Source of the DNA: an uncultured Roseburia sp.
Lineage (GTDB): Bacteria; Bacillota; Clostridia; Lachnospirales; Lachnospiraceae
DNA length: 64,000 nucleotides
Assembly: GCA_947649645.1 (NCBI GenBank)
Contig: CANSSP010000014.1
Coordinates: 7,067-71,066 of the forward strand
Direction of reading: 5' to 3'
The notes beneath the pieces are model-generated. The model searched no databases and was not told the DNA's origin. It saw nothing but the letters and a program-made list of their open reading frames with translations. Made by a program: the position numbers and the translations under genes. Positions 1 to 8,528 of the stretch are shown piece by piece (within the stretch, counting starts at the first letter, position 1; every line of letters starts with the position of its first letter).

Positions 1-1227
1 CGGCCTGTTTACCTGGTCATCCCGCAGTGAATAATACCTGTCGCCTTCTCCACGCACCAGCTCCGTAAACTTTAAACCAGTACTGTCCATAAATCCGGGA
101 AGAAAGCATGCGACAAGCTCCATATCCTCCGAAAAATGAAGAATCACATCCTTTGCCGCCTGCATTTTAAGGTCTGCCATCTGTAAGGACCGGTTAAAAT
201 AGGAAGCTGTCATCTTCTGGTTTTTCGTTCCGTGGCGGATCAGCTCCTGCTCCGCCGCAATGGCATCCCCCGCGGAGTAAAAACCTTTTGCCCAGAGCGC
301 GCAGCTGATCGCAACAGAATCGTTCGTGGCAAGCTGCTCCTCGCAAAATGCCGGTTCCCTCAGGCAACGGCCCATAAGGCGTACCAGTTTTTCAGTTATC
401 CGGTCAACGCTTCTCTCGTCAAAAATACCAATCCAGGTGCTCACCGCCCGCTTTATGGAAGAATAGCGGACGAGATTGTTTTCTTCAATCACAGAAAAAA
501 GGTGCAGAAACGCCTCCGGCCGCCCCTCATCCATCGTCTCGCACACCGCCTGTCTTGCCCCCTCCTGAAGACGCGCGGCCAGCAGAAATTTTCCGAGCAC
601 CTCATACAGCTCTTCACTCCTGCCCATGACAATCCCACGGATCAGTTCGTGACTGAGCATCATGGTATTGCCCTCGCCCAGAAGTATGTCTTTTACCGCT
701 TCCACCGCGGCCGTCTCTCCCTTATCAATTTTCGCAGCCAGGATTCCCGCATAGGCAAAGATTTCATTTCTGGCATGATCATAAAATTCCGGCGTGGTAT
801 TTCCCGTCAGAAGGTCTGACAGCGTACACCCGTAAAAATCCAGTCTGGAGTACGCCTGCAGAAGGCGGACACTCTGCCCCACAAACGGCTGATAGCTCTC
901 AGAGCGAAGGCTTCTCCGGTACCACCCTGCCGTCATCTGGAACTGGTTCATCTGATCGAGCGCATAATAAAACTCCTCCTGCAGCTCCGTTGGCACGCAC
1001 ACATTCACCAGAGCCGGGTATTCCTCCCGGTAAAGACTGCTTAAATTGCAGTAAGTCCCGTCTTTTAAAAGCTGCTCCATCCGCCTGCGCGGTTCTTCCG
1101 GGACATAGTAATACCGCCTGTCCGGCAGCAGCTCCTTTTGTGCCTTCGCAAGATGCTCACCTCGCTTCTTTACCCGCGCAATCCATTCGTCGGTTATTTT
1201 TTTCCTCGTCTCATATGTAAAGGCCAT
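1..1227 (-). CDS. Large alpha-helical hypothetical protein; only the N-terminal 409 aa are present (3' end lies beyond the left window edge)
   Basis: It is absent from the ORF track because it runs off the window. My own reverse-strand translation from the ATG at 1227 (MAFTYETRKKITDEWIARVKKRGEHL...) stays open to position 1. AAAGGAG lies about 5 nt upstream. The listed plus-strand ORFs 232-819 and 990-1220 are low-complexity shadows of it. I recognised no catalytic motif. Confidence 0.6.
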   Translation of the reverse strand, partial: MAFTYETRKKITDEWIARVKKRGEHLAKAQKELLPDRRYYYVPEEPRRRMEQLLKDGTYCNLSSLYREEYPALVNVCVPTELQEEFYYALDQMNQFQMTAGWYRRSLRSESYQPFVGQSVRLLQAYSRLDFYGCTLSDLLTGNTTPEFYDHARNEIFAYAGILAAKIDKGETAAVEAVKDILLGEGNTMMLSHELIRGIVMGRSEELYEVLGKFLLAARLQEGARQAVCETMDEGRPEAFLHLFSVIEENNLVRYSSIKRAVSTWIGIFDERSVDRITEKLVRLMGRCLREPAFCEEQLATNDSVAISCALWAKGFYSAGDAIAAEQELIRHGTKNQKMTASYFNRSLQMADLKMQAAKDVILHFSEDMELVACFLPGFMDSTGLKFTELVRGEGDRYYSLRDDQVNRP

Positions 1228-1273
1228 GGCATTTCTCCTTTCTTCCGGCCACAGGACTCTCCCTCTCCTGCTT

Positions 1274-1690
1274 TCAGCCTGTCAGCATCGTCAGCCTTAT
1301 GAATGTAAAAACCATCTCTTCGGTCCAGGGGAGCGCTTCGTTGAGTTCTGTCAGCTCCTCCTCCCCCGCAAATACACGGTAAATCCCGTCCTCAAAGGAC
1401 TGCAGCGCATTTTCCACCGCCTCCTCCTCCATCGCGGGATTCCCGCCGTGAACACCGAATGACACTTTACCGGCAGCCGCCTTCTCCCTGATCGTCTCAT
1501 CGGTCAGGTAAGGCAGGATCTGCCCCTCATCCTTTCTTGCATTGTAATCCCGCACGCCGCACACGGTCAGCGCCGTAATCAGCTCTCTGACGTCTCCCGG
1601 CCGTTTATCGAGCTCAAACGACACCGGGGCCGTCGCCCCGCGTCTTTGTTTTCCCGGCTTTTTCATTCTCGCATAGATTGTAAATGACAT
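1274..1690 (-). CDS. Small hypothetical protein (138 aa), upstream partner of the large helical protein
   Basis: The ORF track gives 1274-1729. The internal ATG (MSFTIYARMKKPG...) is preceded by GGGAGGAAAAGCGA, so I use the start at 1690. The gene ends 46 nt before the next gene on the same strand. I recognised no motif. Confidence 0.55.
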   Translation of the reverse strand: MSFTIYARMKKPGKQRRGATAPVSFELDKRPGDVRELITALTVCGVRDYNARKDEGQILPYLTDETIREKAAAGKVSFGVHGGNPAMEEEAVENALQSFEDGIYRVFAGEEELTELNEALPWTEEMVFTFIRLTMLTG

Positions 1691-1811
1691 TCGCTTTTCC
1701 TCCCTGCATCTTTCCGTTCCCGATTTCATTATAGCAACCTGCTTTTCTCTTTACAAGAAGCATTAATCCAGATCAGCCGTCTTTCCGGCAGACTGACCTT
1801 TGCTCAGATAC

Positions 1812-1851
1812 AAAAAAAGGGGGCCGCCGGTTCATACCGGACCTGGCCCCC
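1812..1851 (-). terminator. Rho-independent terminator downstream of the HAD hydrolase gene
   Basis: The minus strand reads GGGGGCCAGGTCCGGT-ATGA-ACCGGCGGCCCCC followed by TTTTTTTG. This is a GC-rich stem with one bulge plus a U-tract, immediately after the stop codon at 1877. Confidence 0.65.
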
Positions 1852-1876
1852 ATACCCAGATCATTTTCCAAAAACA

Positions 1877-2728
1877 TTACCGATCGGGTATCTCCTCAAT
1901 CAGCCCGAACTTTACAAATGCATGATACAGCCCGTCATCTTCCACGCTCTGTGTGACGTAGTCCGCCATCGCCCTGATCTCCTCGCCGCCATTTCCCATC
2001 GCCACGCCGGTTTCACAATATTCCAGCATGGGTATGTCAATCTTCGCGTCGCCGAAAGCAATCGTATCCTCCCTCTTCGCGCCGATATGGGCCAGCAGAC
2101 GGGAGATGGCATTTCCTTTCGTGATGCCTTTCACGCCGAGATCCCCGAACAGCGCGGTTTCTCCCGCACCTCCCCATGTGCCGTTTTCCATATCCGGAAA
2201 CTGCTCTTTCGTATCCAGATAGTCCTGGTAACTGCCCAGCAGGTAACTGACCTTGTTCAGATCGTCGCGATAAAGATCTGCGCCATAGATCATACCCGGA
2301 AAAACCGTGGCGGCCGTGGCGCCATCGGCGTCCTCTTTCCCTTTTCTCCTGCTGTACTCTCTGATCGCCGGCTGTGCCTTCCTGGCAAAGTCCTCGCTCG
2401 CAAACAAACCATGATTGCTCTCCAGATAGAACTCAAGCCCCCGCTCATGCAGCCAGTCGACAATGCGGCGGCACTGCTCCCGTGTGATCAGCTGATGCAT
2501 GACCACCTTTCCGTGATCCTCCACATAACTGCCGTTTCCGCCGATCATGCCGTCCAGTCCGATATCCCAGAGCTCCTGGTAAACCTCCGCCTTACTCCTG
2601 CCCGTACAGATATAAACACGGTGGCCGTTCCCGCGCGCCGCCCGTATGGCCCTGACGGCTGACTCCGGCAGATTTCCTTCATAATCCACCAGCGTCCCGT
2701 CCACATCCAGAAAAATCACCTTCTGCAT
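1877..2728 (-). CDS. Cof-type HAD-IIB family hydrolase (sugar phosphatase-like)
   Basis: HAD motif I is FLDVDGTL, and motif IV-like GDAKIDIPM lies near the C-terminus. The length (283 aa) and cap region are typical of Cof/YidA-type phosphatases. Confidence 0.85.
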   Translation of the reverse strand: MQKVIFLDVDGTLVDYEGNLPESAVRAIRAARGNGHRVYICTGRSKAEVYQELWDIGLDGMIGGNGSYVEDHGKVVMHQLITREQCRRIVDWLHERGLEFYLESNHGLFASEDFARKAQPAIREYSRRKGKEDADGATAATVFPGMIYGADLYRDDLNKVSYLLGSYQDYLDTKEQFPDMENGTWGGAGETALFGDLGVKGITKGNAISRLLAHIGAKREDTIAFGDAKIDIPMLEYCETGVAMGNGGEEIRAMADYVTQSVEDDGLYHAFVKFGLIEEIPDR

Positions 2729-2815
2729 CTTTTTTCCTCCCGTCTGTTTTTCTTACCTTCTATTATAACGTCTCATCCGGGAGAAAACCAACAAAATCTT
2801 TGCCTGATGTTCGTA

Positions 2816-3193
2816 TTATTGTGCCTTCCAGAGACTGTGCAGATTACAGTAGGCATATACCGCCACAACCTCGTCCCCCTCGCAGAGGGCAAAGCTTACC
2901 TCCGGTTTTTCGCCCGGCTTTAGCGCCTTACGCTGTTCTCCCTGCTTTGTCTGCAGGACGACCCACTCGATATAGTGCTCCGGCATCATCGGATGCTCTG
3001 TCGAACCGACGGAGACTCTGACCAGATTACCCTCCACTTTAAAGACCGGAACGTGCTTCTCCACCGCAGCGTCAGTTGTACCGGGCGTGATCTCTTTCAT
3101 TTTCTGGCCACAGCACATCACGGGAACGCCCGCATCCTTTACCATTGTGACAATATTTCCGCAATGCTCACACAGATAAAATTTCTGTTCCAT
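2816..3193 (-). CDS. dfx: Desulfoferrodoxin (superoxide reductase)
   Basis: An N-terminal desulforedoxin-type Cys cluster is present (CEHCGN...CCGQ). The C-terminal neelaredoxin-type centre has His residues and CNLH. The length is 125 aa. Confidence 0.9.
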   Translation of the reverse strand: MEQKFYLCEHCGNIVTMVKDAGVPVMCCGQKMKEITPGTTDAAVEKHVPVFKVEGNLVRVSVGSTEHPMMPEHYIEWVVLQTKQGEQRKALKPGEKPEVSFALCEGDEVVAVYAYCNLHSLWKAQ

Positions 3194-3280
3194 TCTGATA
3201 TCCTCTCTTTCTGTCCTGGCTTTTCGCCGTCTGTTTTTCCGTCTTTATTATACCCTGTCAGTCTGAAAAAGTATACACTT

Positions 3281-3694
3281 TTATAATACCATAAGCAGCG
3301 TGCCGACGGCGATGAGAACGCAGCCGACGGCCGACTTTACGGTAACTTTTTCATGCAGGAACACAAAAGCCATGATAAGCGTAAATACCACGCTCAGCTT
3401 GTCGATTGGAACGACTTTTGACACCTCTCCGATCTGAAGCGCTTTATAATAACAGAGCCAGGAAGCGCCGGTCGCCATCCCCGATAAGATCAGAAACAGC
3501 CAGCTTTTTCTGCCGATCGCAAAAATCCCGGACTGCGTGTCTGTCAGAAACACCATGCCCCAGGCCATAAGCAGTACCACCGCCGTGCGAATTGCCGTTG
3601 CGAGACTGGAATTAACCCCCTCGATCCCTGTTTTGGCCAGAATTGACGTCAGCGCCGCAAAGACAGACGAAAGAAGAGCAAAAAAGAACCACAT
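3281..3694 (-). CDS. Small EamA/DMT-family membrane transporter
   Basis: The product is a hydrophobic protein with four to five TM helices, starting at the internal MWFFFALLSSVFAALTSILAK. The longer 172-aa ORF would overlap the upstream permease gene that ends at 3696. Confidence 0.7.
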   Translation of the reverse strand: MWFFFALLSSVFAALTSILAKTGIEGVNSSLATAIRTAVVLLMAWGMVFLTDTQSGIFAIGRKSWLFLILSGMATGASWLCYYKALQIGEVSKVVPIDKLSVVFTLIMAFVFLHEKVTVKSAVGCVLIAVGTLLMVL

Positions 3695-3695
3695 T

Positions 3696-4319
3696 TTACC
3701 GCACACCTCCCTGTACCTTCTTTTCAAAAAAGCCGAGCAGACCGTCAAAAAGAACGGCAAGAAGCGCCGATGCGGCGCTGCCCCAGAAAATCTTTGCAAA
3801 ATTCATCGTGCGCAGACCGTCAAAAAGAATTGTGCCAAGACCTCCCGCGTTAATGGACGCCGCAATCACCGCGATGCTCACGGTAGAAACTGAGGCGATA
3901 CGGACTCCCGCTATCAAAGCCGGTTTCGCAAGCGGAAGTTTAATTTTCACCAGAATCTGCATCTTTGTCATTCCCATACCGGCCGCCGCTTCCACAATCC
4001 CAAAGTCAACGCCGTCAAGTCCGGCCAGAAAATTGCGCAGGAGAAGGTATTGGTTATAAATGACAAGGACTACGACCGCCGTTGTTTTTCCGAGCCCTGT
4101 GAGCGGAATCAGAAGGGCAAACATCGCCAGGCTTGGAACCGAATAAATCATGGAAAACAGACCCACCATTGCCTCGGAAACAATACGGGAATACGTGCCA
4201 AGAACCGTCAGCGCTGCCGCGAGCAGAAGCGAGATCAGAAGCGCTGATGCCACAAGCAGAAGATGCTCTGCGACTGCCTCTCCCAGATCGTCAAAATGTT
4301 TTATCAGATAATCCATCAT
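3696..4319 (-). CDS. Osmoprotectant (glycine betaine/choline/carnitine type) ABC transporter permease
   Basis: This is a BPD-type permease of 207 aa. Its start overlaps the ATPase stop by 4 nt. It belongs to a four-gene permease/SBP/ATPase/permease layout typical of OpuC/OpuB. Confidence 0.85.
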   Translation of the reverse strand: MMDYLIKHFDDLGEAVAEHLLLVASALLISLLLAAALTVLGTYSRIVSEAMVGLFSMIYSVPSLAMFALLIPLTGLGKTTAVVVLVIYNQYLLLRNFLAGLDGVDFGIVEAAAGMGMTKMQILVKIKLPLAKPALIAGVRIASVSTVSIAVIAASINAGGLGTILFDGLRTMNFAKIFWGSAASALLAVLFDGLLGFFEKKVQGGVR

Positions 4320-5083
4320 TTCATTTTCTCCCAGAAGCGCTCTTTTTCCCTTGCTGCTTCGACAAGGGACTGCACGAACGCGTCCGCCGGACGCCGGACG
4401 ATCTCCTCCGCCGTCCCGGACTGTACAATTTTTCCCCGATTCATGATTATCACCCGTGTCCCGAGCAGAAAAGCCTCTTCTATATCGTGTGTGACAAACA
4501 GAAATGTTTTTTTCATACCGCCGTGCAGGGCGCGAAGCTCCTCCTGAAGCCTGGCCCGCGTAATGGAATCAACCGCCCCGAACGGCTCGTCAAGCAGCAT
4601 GATTTTCGGGTCGGCCGCCAGCGCTCTGGCAAGGCCGACACGCTGCTGCTGCCCCCCGGAAAGCTGAGAAGGATACCTGTCCTTAAATTCGGCCGGATTT
4701 AAACCGATCAGCTCTAACAGCTCATCCACGCGTGCGCTTATTCTCCCGCTCTCCCACTTTAGCAGCCTGGGAACGGTGGCGATATTCCCGCCGATCGTCA
4801 TATGCGGAAACAGCCCGATCTGCTGAATGACATAGCCGATGTGCCGTCTCACCCCGACCACATCCACCGTACCGGTATCCTCGCCGAACAAAAGGATTTT
4901 TCCGCTGTCGGGTTCGCAGAGACGGTTGATCATCTTAAGAAGCGTCGTTTTTCCGCAGCCCGAAGAGCCCAGAATGGTGATAAACTCCCCTTCCTCCACG
5001 GAAAAGCTGACATGATCAACGGCGCTGTAGCCCGCGCCTTTAAATGTTTTGGTTACATTCTGAAATTCAATTGCGTGTGTCAC
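4316..5083 (-). CDS. Osmoprotectant ABC transporter ATP-binding protein
   Basis: Walker A is GSSGCGKTT, the ABC signature is LSGGQQQRVGLARAL and Walker B is IMLLDEP. No CBS-domain tail is present (255 aa). Confidence 0.9.
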   Translation of the reverse strand: MTHAIEFQNVTKTFKGAGYSAVDHVSFSVEEGEFITILGSSGCGKTTLLKMINRLCEPDSGKILLFGEDTGTVDVVGVRRHIGYVIQQIGLFPHMTIGGNIATVPRLLKWESGRISARVDELLELIGLNPAEFKDRYPSQLSGGQQQRVGLARALAADPKIMLLDEPFGAVDSITRARLQEELRALHGGMKKTFLFVTHDIEEAFLLGTRVIIMNRGKIVQSGTAEEIVRRPADAFVQSLVEAAREKERFWEKMK

Positions 5084-5101
5084 CCTGCGTCTCCTTCGGC
5101 G

Positions 5102-5998
5102 TTACCTCTGGATGGAATCGTAAAATTCTTTCGCCACATCCTCATATTCCTGTTTGTCAATGTCTACTTTTGCGTTGAGCGCAATCATCGTCTCTGTGTC
5201 CAGCTTCGCACTCACCGCATTTAACACCTCTGCAATATCCGGATTTTCCGCAAGCACATCGTTGCGCACGACCGGAGCCATGTAATAAGGCGGCCAGAAA
5301 TGTTTATCATCCTCAAGATACGTAAACTGATCGGCATTTACAAGCTGTGCGTCCGTAGAATACGCGGGACACACATCCGCCTCTCCGTTTGCCAGAATCT
5401 CATATTTTAACCCGCTGTCATAAACCTTGATCGAAGCAAACGGAAATTCACCATATACTTTCGCAAGGCCGGGAAGACCGTCCTCGCGATACTCAAACTC
5501 CCCCTGGGAGCAGACGCGGATTTTGTCGGCATTGGCCTGCAGGTCGGACATGGTATGGATTCCGTACTGCTGCGCCGTCTCGGTGCGGATCGCAAGGCCG
5601 TTGCGGTCGTTCACCTGCGAGGAATCAAGCCATGTCAGCTCAAACTGCTCATCATACGCTGCTTTTACCGTCTCATATACGACATCCGGATCGCTGTTCA
5701 TATCCATCTGAAGAACCGATAGCAGCGCCGTCCCCGTATACTCCGGGTACAGATCAAACTCGTCTCCAATAATGGCCGTGTGGACCACGGAACCGGCGAC
5801 ATTCATATTCCGCTCAACCTTATACCCCGCGTCCTCCAGCGCCAGGGCATATATTTCCCCGACGATCAGACTTTCCGTAAAATCTTTCGATCCGACGCGG
5901 ATGGCTTCTTTCCCACCGTCTCCGCAGCCGGAAAGAAGCGACAATGCTCCGGCCGCCAGAACAACGGCCGCCATCCTTATCTCCTTTGTTTTTCTCAT
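5102..5998 (-). CDS. Glycine betaine/osmoprotectant ABC transporter substrate-binding lipoprotein
   Basis: A signal peptide with lipobox LLSGC is present. The product is of OpuCC/OsmX-like length (298 aa) and sits between the ATPase and a permease. Confidence 0.85.
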   Translation of the reverse strand: MRKTKEIRMAAVVLAAGALSLLSGCGDGGKEAIRVGSKDFTESLIVGEIYALALEDAGYKVERNMNVAGSVVHTAIIGDEFDLYPEYTGTALLSVLQMDMNSDPDVVYETVKAAYDEQFELTWLDSSQVNDRNGLAIRTETAQQYGIHTMSDLQANADKIRVCSQGEFEYREDGLPGLAKVYGEFPFASIKVYDSGLKYEILANGEADVCPAYSTDAQLVNADQFTYLEDDKHFWPPYYMAPVVRNDVLAENPDIAEVLNAVSAKLDTETMIALNAKVDIDKQEYEDVAKEFYDSIQR

Positions 5999-6019
5999 CC
6001 TGTAAATCTCCTTTTATCT

Positions 6020-6652
6020 CTATTTGTATTTCACCATTATTTTCTCCAGAATGCCAAAGAAAAAACCGGTCGAAAGCGACAGGACGGCGACCGAAACACC
6101 GCCGACCAGGAGCAGATCCGTCCTGAGCAGGCCGATTCCCGCAAAAATCACGTCGCCGAGCCCTCCGGCCCCGATCCGTGCAGCCAGCGTCGCACTTGCG
6201 ATAATCTCCACGGCCGCCGTCTTTATCCCGGTAAAAACAAGTGGAAGCGCAAGCGGAAAACGGACCCTCGTCCAGATCTGACCCGGTTTCATTCCAAGCC
6301 CCTCCGCCGTCTCAAGCAGAAACGGCGCGGTTCCTGAAAGTCCCGCCGCCGTGTTTGTCAGAATAGGCGGAACCGCCAGGAGTACCAGCGCCACAGTGGC
6401 AGGCACTCTTCCCGTCCCCATCACCGGCAGCATGAAAAGCAGAACCGCCAGACTCGGAATAATCCGCAAGACCCCGAAAAACAGTGTGACCGGTTTTTGT
6501 GCGCGCTGAAAACGGACACACAAAAAACCGGCCGGCACAGCGATAAAAACCGCAATCAGCAGCGCGCCGGCACTGATCTGAACGTGCTCCGTAAGCATGT
6601 CCAGAAAACGGTCCCCGCTGGTCTTAAAATACGCCGCAATCTGCTCATACAC
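6020..6652 (-). CDS. Osmoprotectant ABC transporter permease (second subunit)
   Basis: This is a BPD-type permease. I place the start at the GTG at 6652, which is preceded by GGAGG 9 nt upstream. The ATG-extended ORF to 6781 would overlap the 3' end of cls and encodes an R/G-rich non-membrane leader. Confidence 0.8.
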   Translation of the reverse strand: MYEQIAAYFKTSGDRFLDMLTEHVQISAGALLIAVFIAVPAGFLCVRFQRAQKPVTLFFGVLRIIPSLAVLLFMLPVMGTGRVPATVALVLLAVPPILTNTAAGLSGTAPFLLETAEGLGMKPGQIWTRVRFPLALPLVFTGIKTAAVEIIASATLAARIGAGGLGDVIFAGIGLLRTDLLLVGGVSVAVLSLSTGFFFGILEKIMVKYK

Positions 6653-6687
6653 AATCGCATCCCTCCTCCCGCACCGCACGCGCCGTC

Positions 6688-8265
6688 TTACATCAGAGGC
6701 GCCACCACCTTCATCAGAAAACCGGTCAGCTTTACCCTCAGTTTTTCCCCGCGGACGGTCTCCTCCGATACCTGCCTGCATTTTGTCACAGTATTTTTAA
6801 AATCTGCCTCTATCTCCGGAATACAGTCCGCATCATACAGATAGACGGCACACTCAAAATGATGGTAGAGACTGCGGTAATCCAGATTGATCGTCCCGAC
6901 AACCGCCTCCCTGTCGTCACAGACAAACACCTTCGCATGGACAAATCCCGGCGTATATTCATAGATTTTCACACCGGATTCCAGCAGCGATAAATAATGC
7001 GTTTTTGCCAGCGCATAGGGAACGGCCTTGTCCGGAATGCCCGGCAGAATCAGAGACACCTCAACGCCCCTCTCCGCGGCAAATTTCAGCGCCGTCTCCA
7101 TCTCCCCGTCCAGAATCAGATACGGTGACATAATGTGGACATACCGGACGGCGCGGTTTAAAAGATCCATATATACCCGCTCACCCACTTTTTCCCCGTC
7201 CAGCGGACAGTCGCCGTAGGGCAGGCAATATCCACGCGCCTGTTCATACGAAGGAACCGGACGGGAAAGAAAACGCTCATACGGCGTCTCCTTCTCATCG
7301 ATACCCCACATCTGCAGAAACATCAGGGTAAAACTCTTTACCGCCTCTCCCTTTAACATGACAGCCGTATCTTTCCAGTGGCCGAACCTTGCTTTCTGGT
7401 TAATGTATTCGTCCGCAAGATTGACTCCTCCACAGAAAGCCGTATGGCCGTCGATCACCATGATTTTTCTGTGATCACGGTAATTGTAATGCGTAGAGAT
7501 AAACGGCGTCACCGGAGCGAACACCTTGCATGAAATGCCCAGCTTCCTAAGGCGCTTCGGGTAATCGTGCGGCAGAAGAGAAAATTCACAGGTCCCGTCA
7601 TACATTACCCTCACGTCCACGCCCTTCGCCGCCTTTTCTGCCAGAATCTCCAGTATCCTGCCCCACATCATGCCCTCATCGACGATAAAATATTCCATGA
7701 AAATAAAATGCTTCGCGTCTTCAAGCTGTTTTAGCATTTCCTCAAACATATCTTCGCCCAGCGGATAATAGCGGACTGCCGTCCTGTCGGACACCGGATG
7801 ACAGCCGCTTCTCTGCATATAACGGCCCAGCGCCGCCGCGCCCGCATTCTCTTTTAAAAAACGCTCCGCCACCTCTTTCCGCTGCAAAACAAGCCCCTTT
7901 GTATCCCTTATAATATAGTTCATGCGATCCCGAAGGGCCCTGTGGCCGATGTCACTCTGTGTATAGGCAAACAATAATACGCCGAACAAGGGCACCAGCA
8001 TAATCACAAACAGCCATGTGATTTTTGCCGTCGGATTGATTCTGCTGTTTAAAAGATAAACAACCATGATAAACGTAAATAATACAGTCCCGCCCAGAAC
8101 ATGCGGCAGAAACGCCTCAAACCACTGGAAAATGCTGAAAAGAATCGACACCTGCAGCATCAGCAGAAGCAGAAACAGGCCGAAACGGCTGAATATGGCA
8201 TGGACAATGCCTCTCTGTCCCTTTTTCAACAGCCTGATTCCCTTGTCTTTATAATTCTTTCGCAT
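6688..8265 (-). CDS. cls: Cardiolipin synthase
   Basis: Two N-terminal TM helices are followed by two HKD phospholipase-D motifs (HRKIMVIDGHTAFCGGVNL and HAKVFVCDDREAVVGTINLD). The start at MRKNYKDKG is preceded by AAAGGAGAG. The predicted promoter lies inside the longer ORF. Confidence 0.9.
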   Translation of the reverse strand: MRKNYKDKGIRLLKKGQRGIVHAIFSRFGLFLLLLMLQVSILFSIFQWFEAFLPHVLGGTVLFTFIMVVYLLNSRINPTAKITWLFVIMLVPLFGVLLFAYTQSDIGHRALRDRMNYIIRDTKGLVLQRKEVAERFLKENAGAAALGRYMQRSGCHPVSDRTAVRYYPLGEDMFEEMLKQLEDAKHFIFMEYFIVDEGMMWGRILEILAEKAAKGVDVRVMYDGTCEFSLLPHDYPKRLRKLGISCKVFAPVTPFISTHYNYRDHRKIMVIDGHTAFCGGVNLADEYINQKARFGHWKDTAVMLKGEAVKSFTLMFLQMWGIDEKETPYERFLSRPVPSYEQARGYCLPYGDCPLDGEKVGERVYMDLLNRAVRYVHIMSPYLILDGEMETALKFAAERGVEVSLILPGIPDKAVPYALAKTHYLSLLESGVKIYEYTPGFVHAKVFVCDDREAVVGTINLDYRSLYHHFECAVYLYDADCIPEIEADFKNTVTKCRQVSEETVRGEKLRVKLTGFLMKVVAPLM

Positions 8266-8313
8266 GCCGTACTCTCCTTTGTATCCGTCCGCTCCCCTAA
8301 GGTCGTGAGCCTT

Positions 8314-8342
8314 ATTATAGCAGAACACCCATTTTTTTACAA
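8314..8342 (-). promoter_or_regulatory. Sigma-A-type promoter for cls
   Basis: The minus strand reads TTGTAA-17 nt-TATAAT. The -10 element lies about 50 nt upstream of the chosen cls start. Confidence 0.45.
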
Positions 8343-8528
8343 GAAAGAATCCCGCAGAGACAAGCCCCCGTCAGAGTGCGGCTGCGTCAGCGGCCATATT
8401 CCCTTTATTGCACCACCAGCGGTCGTTGTGCACTTAAGCAAAAGCCCGACAACGGGAAAAACACCTGCCATAAAATGCGCAGATGTTTTTCAGCAGCTGC
8501 TGTGAACCATTCTTCACAGACCCACAGA

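Noticed and set aside
6653-6781. Longer N-terminal versions of several genes in the ORF track. These include the permease to 6781, cls to 8328, LivF-like to 21103, the SBP to 24966, GT2 to 41463, sspB to 52664 and the hydrolase to 56103.
   Set aside because: The extensions overlap the 3' end of the upstream gene or a predicted promoter, encode R/G-rich non-native-looking leaders and lack an RBS. The internal starts have GGAGG-like sites and give typical family N-termini.
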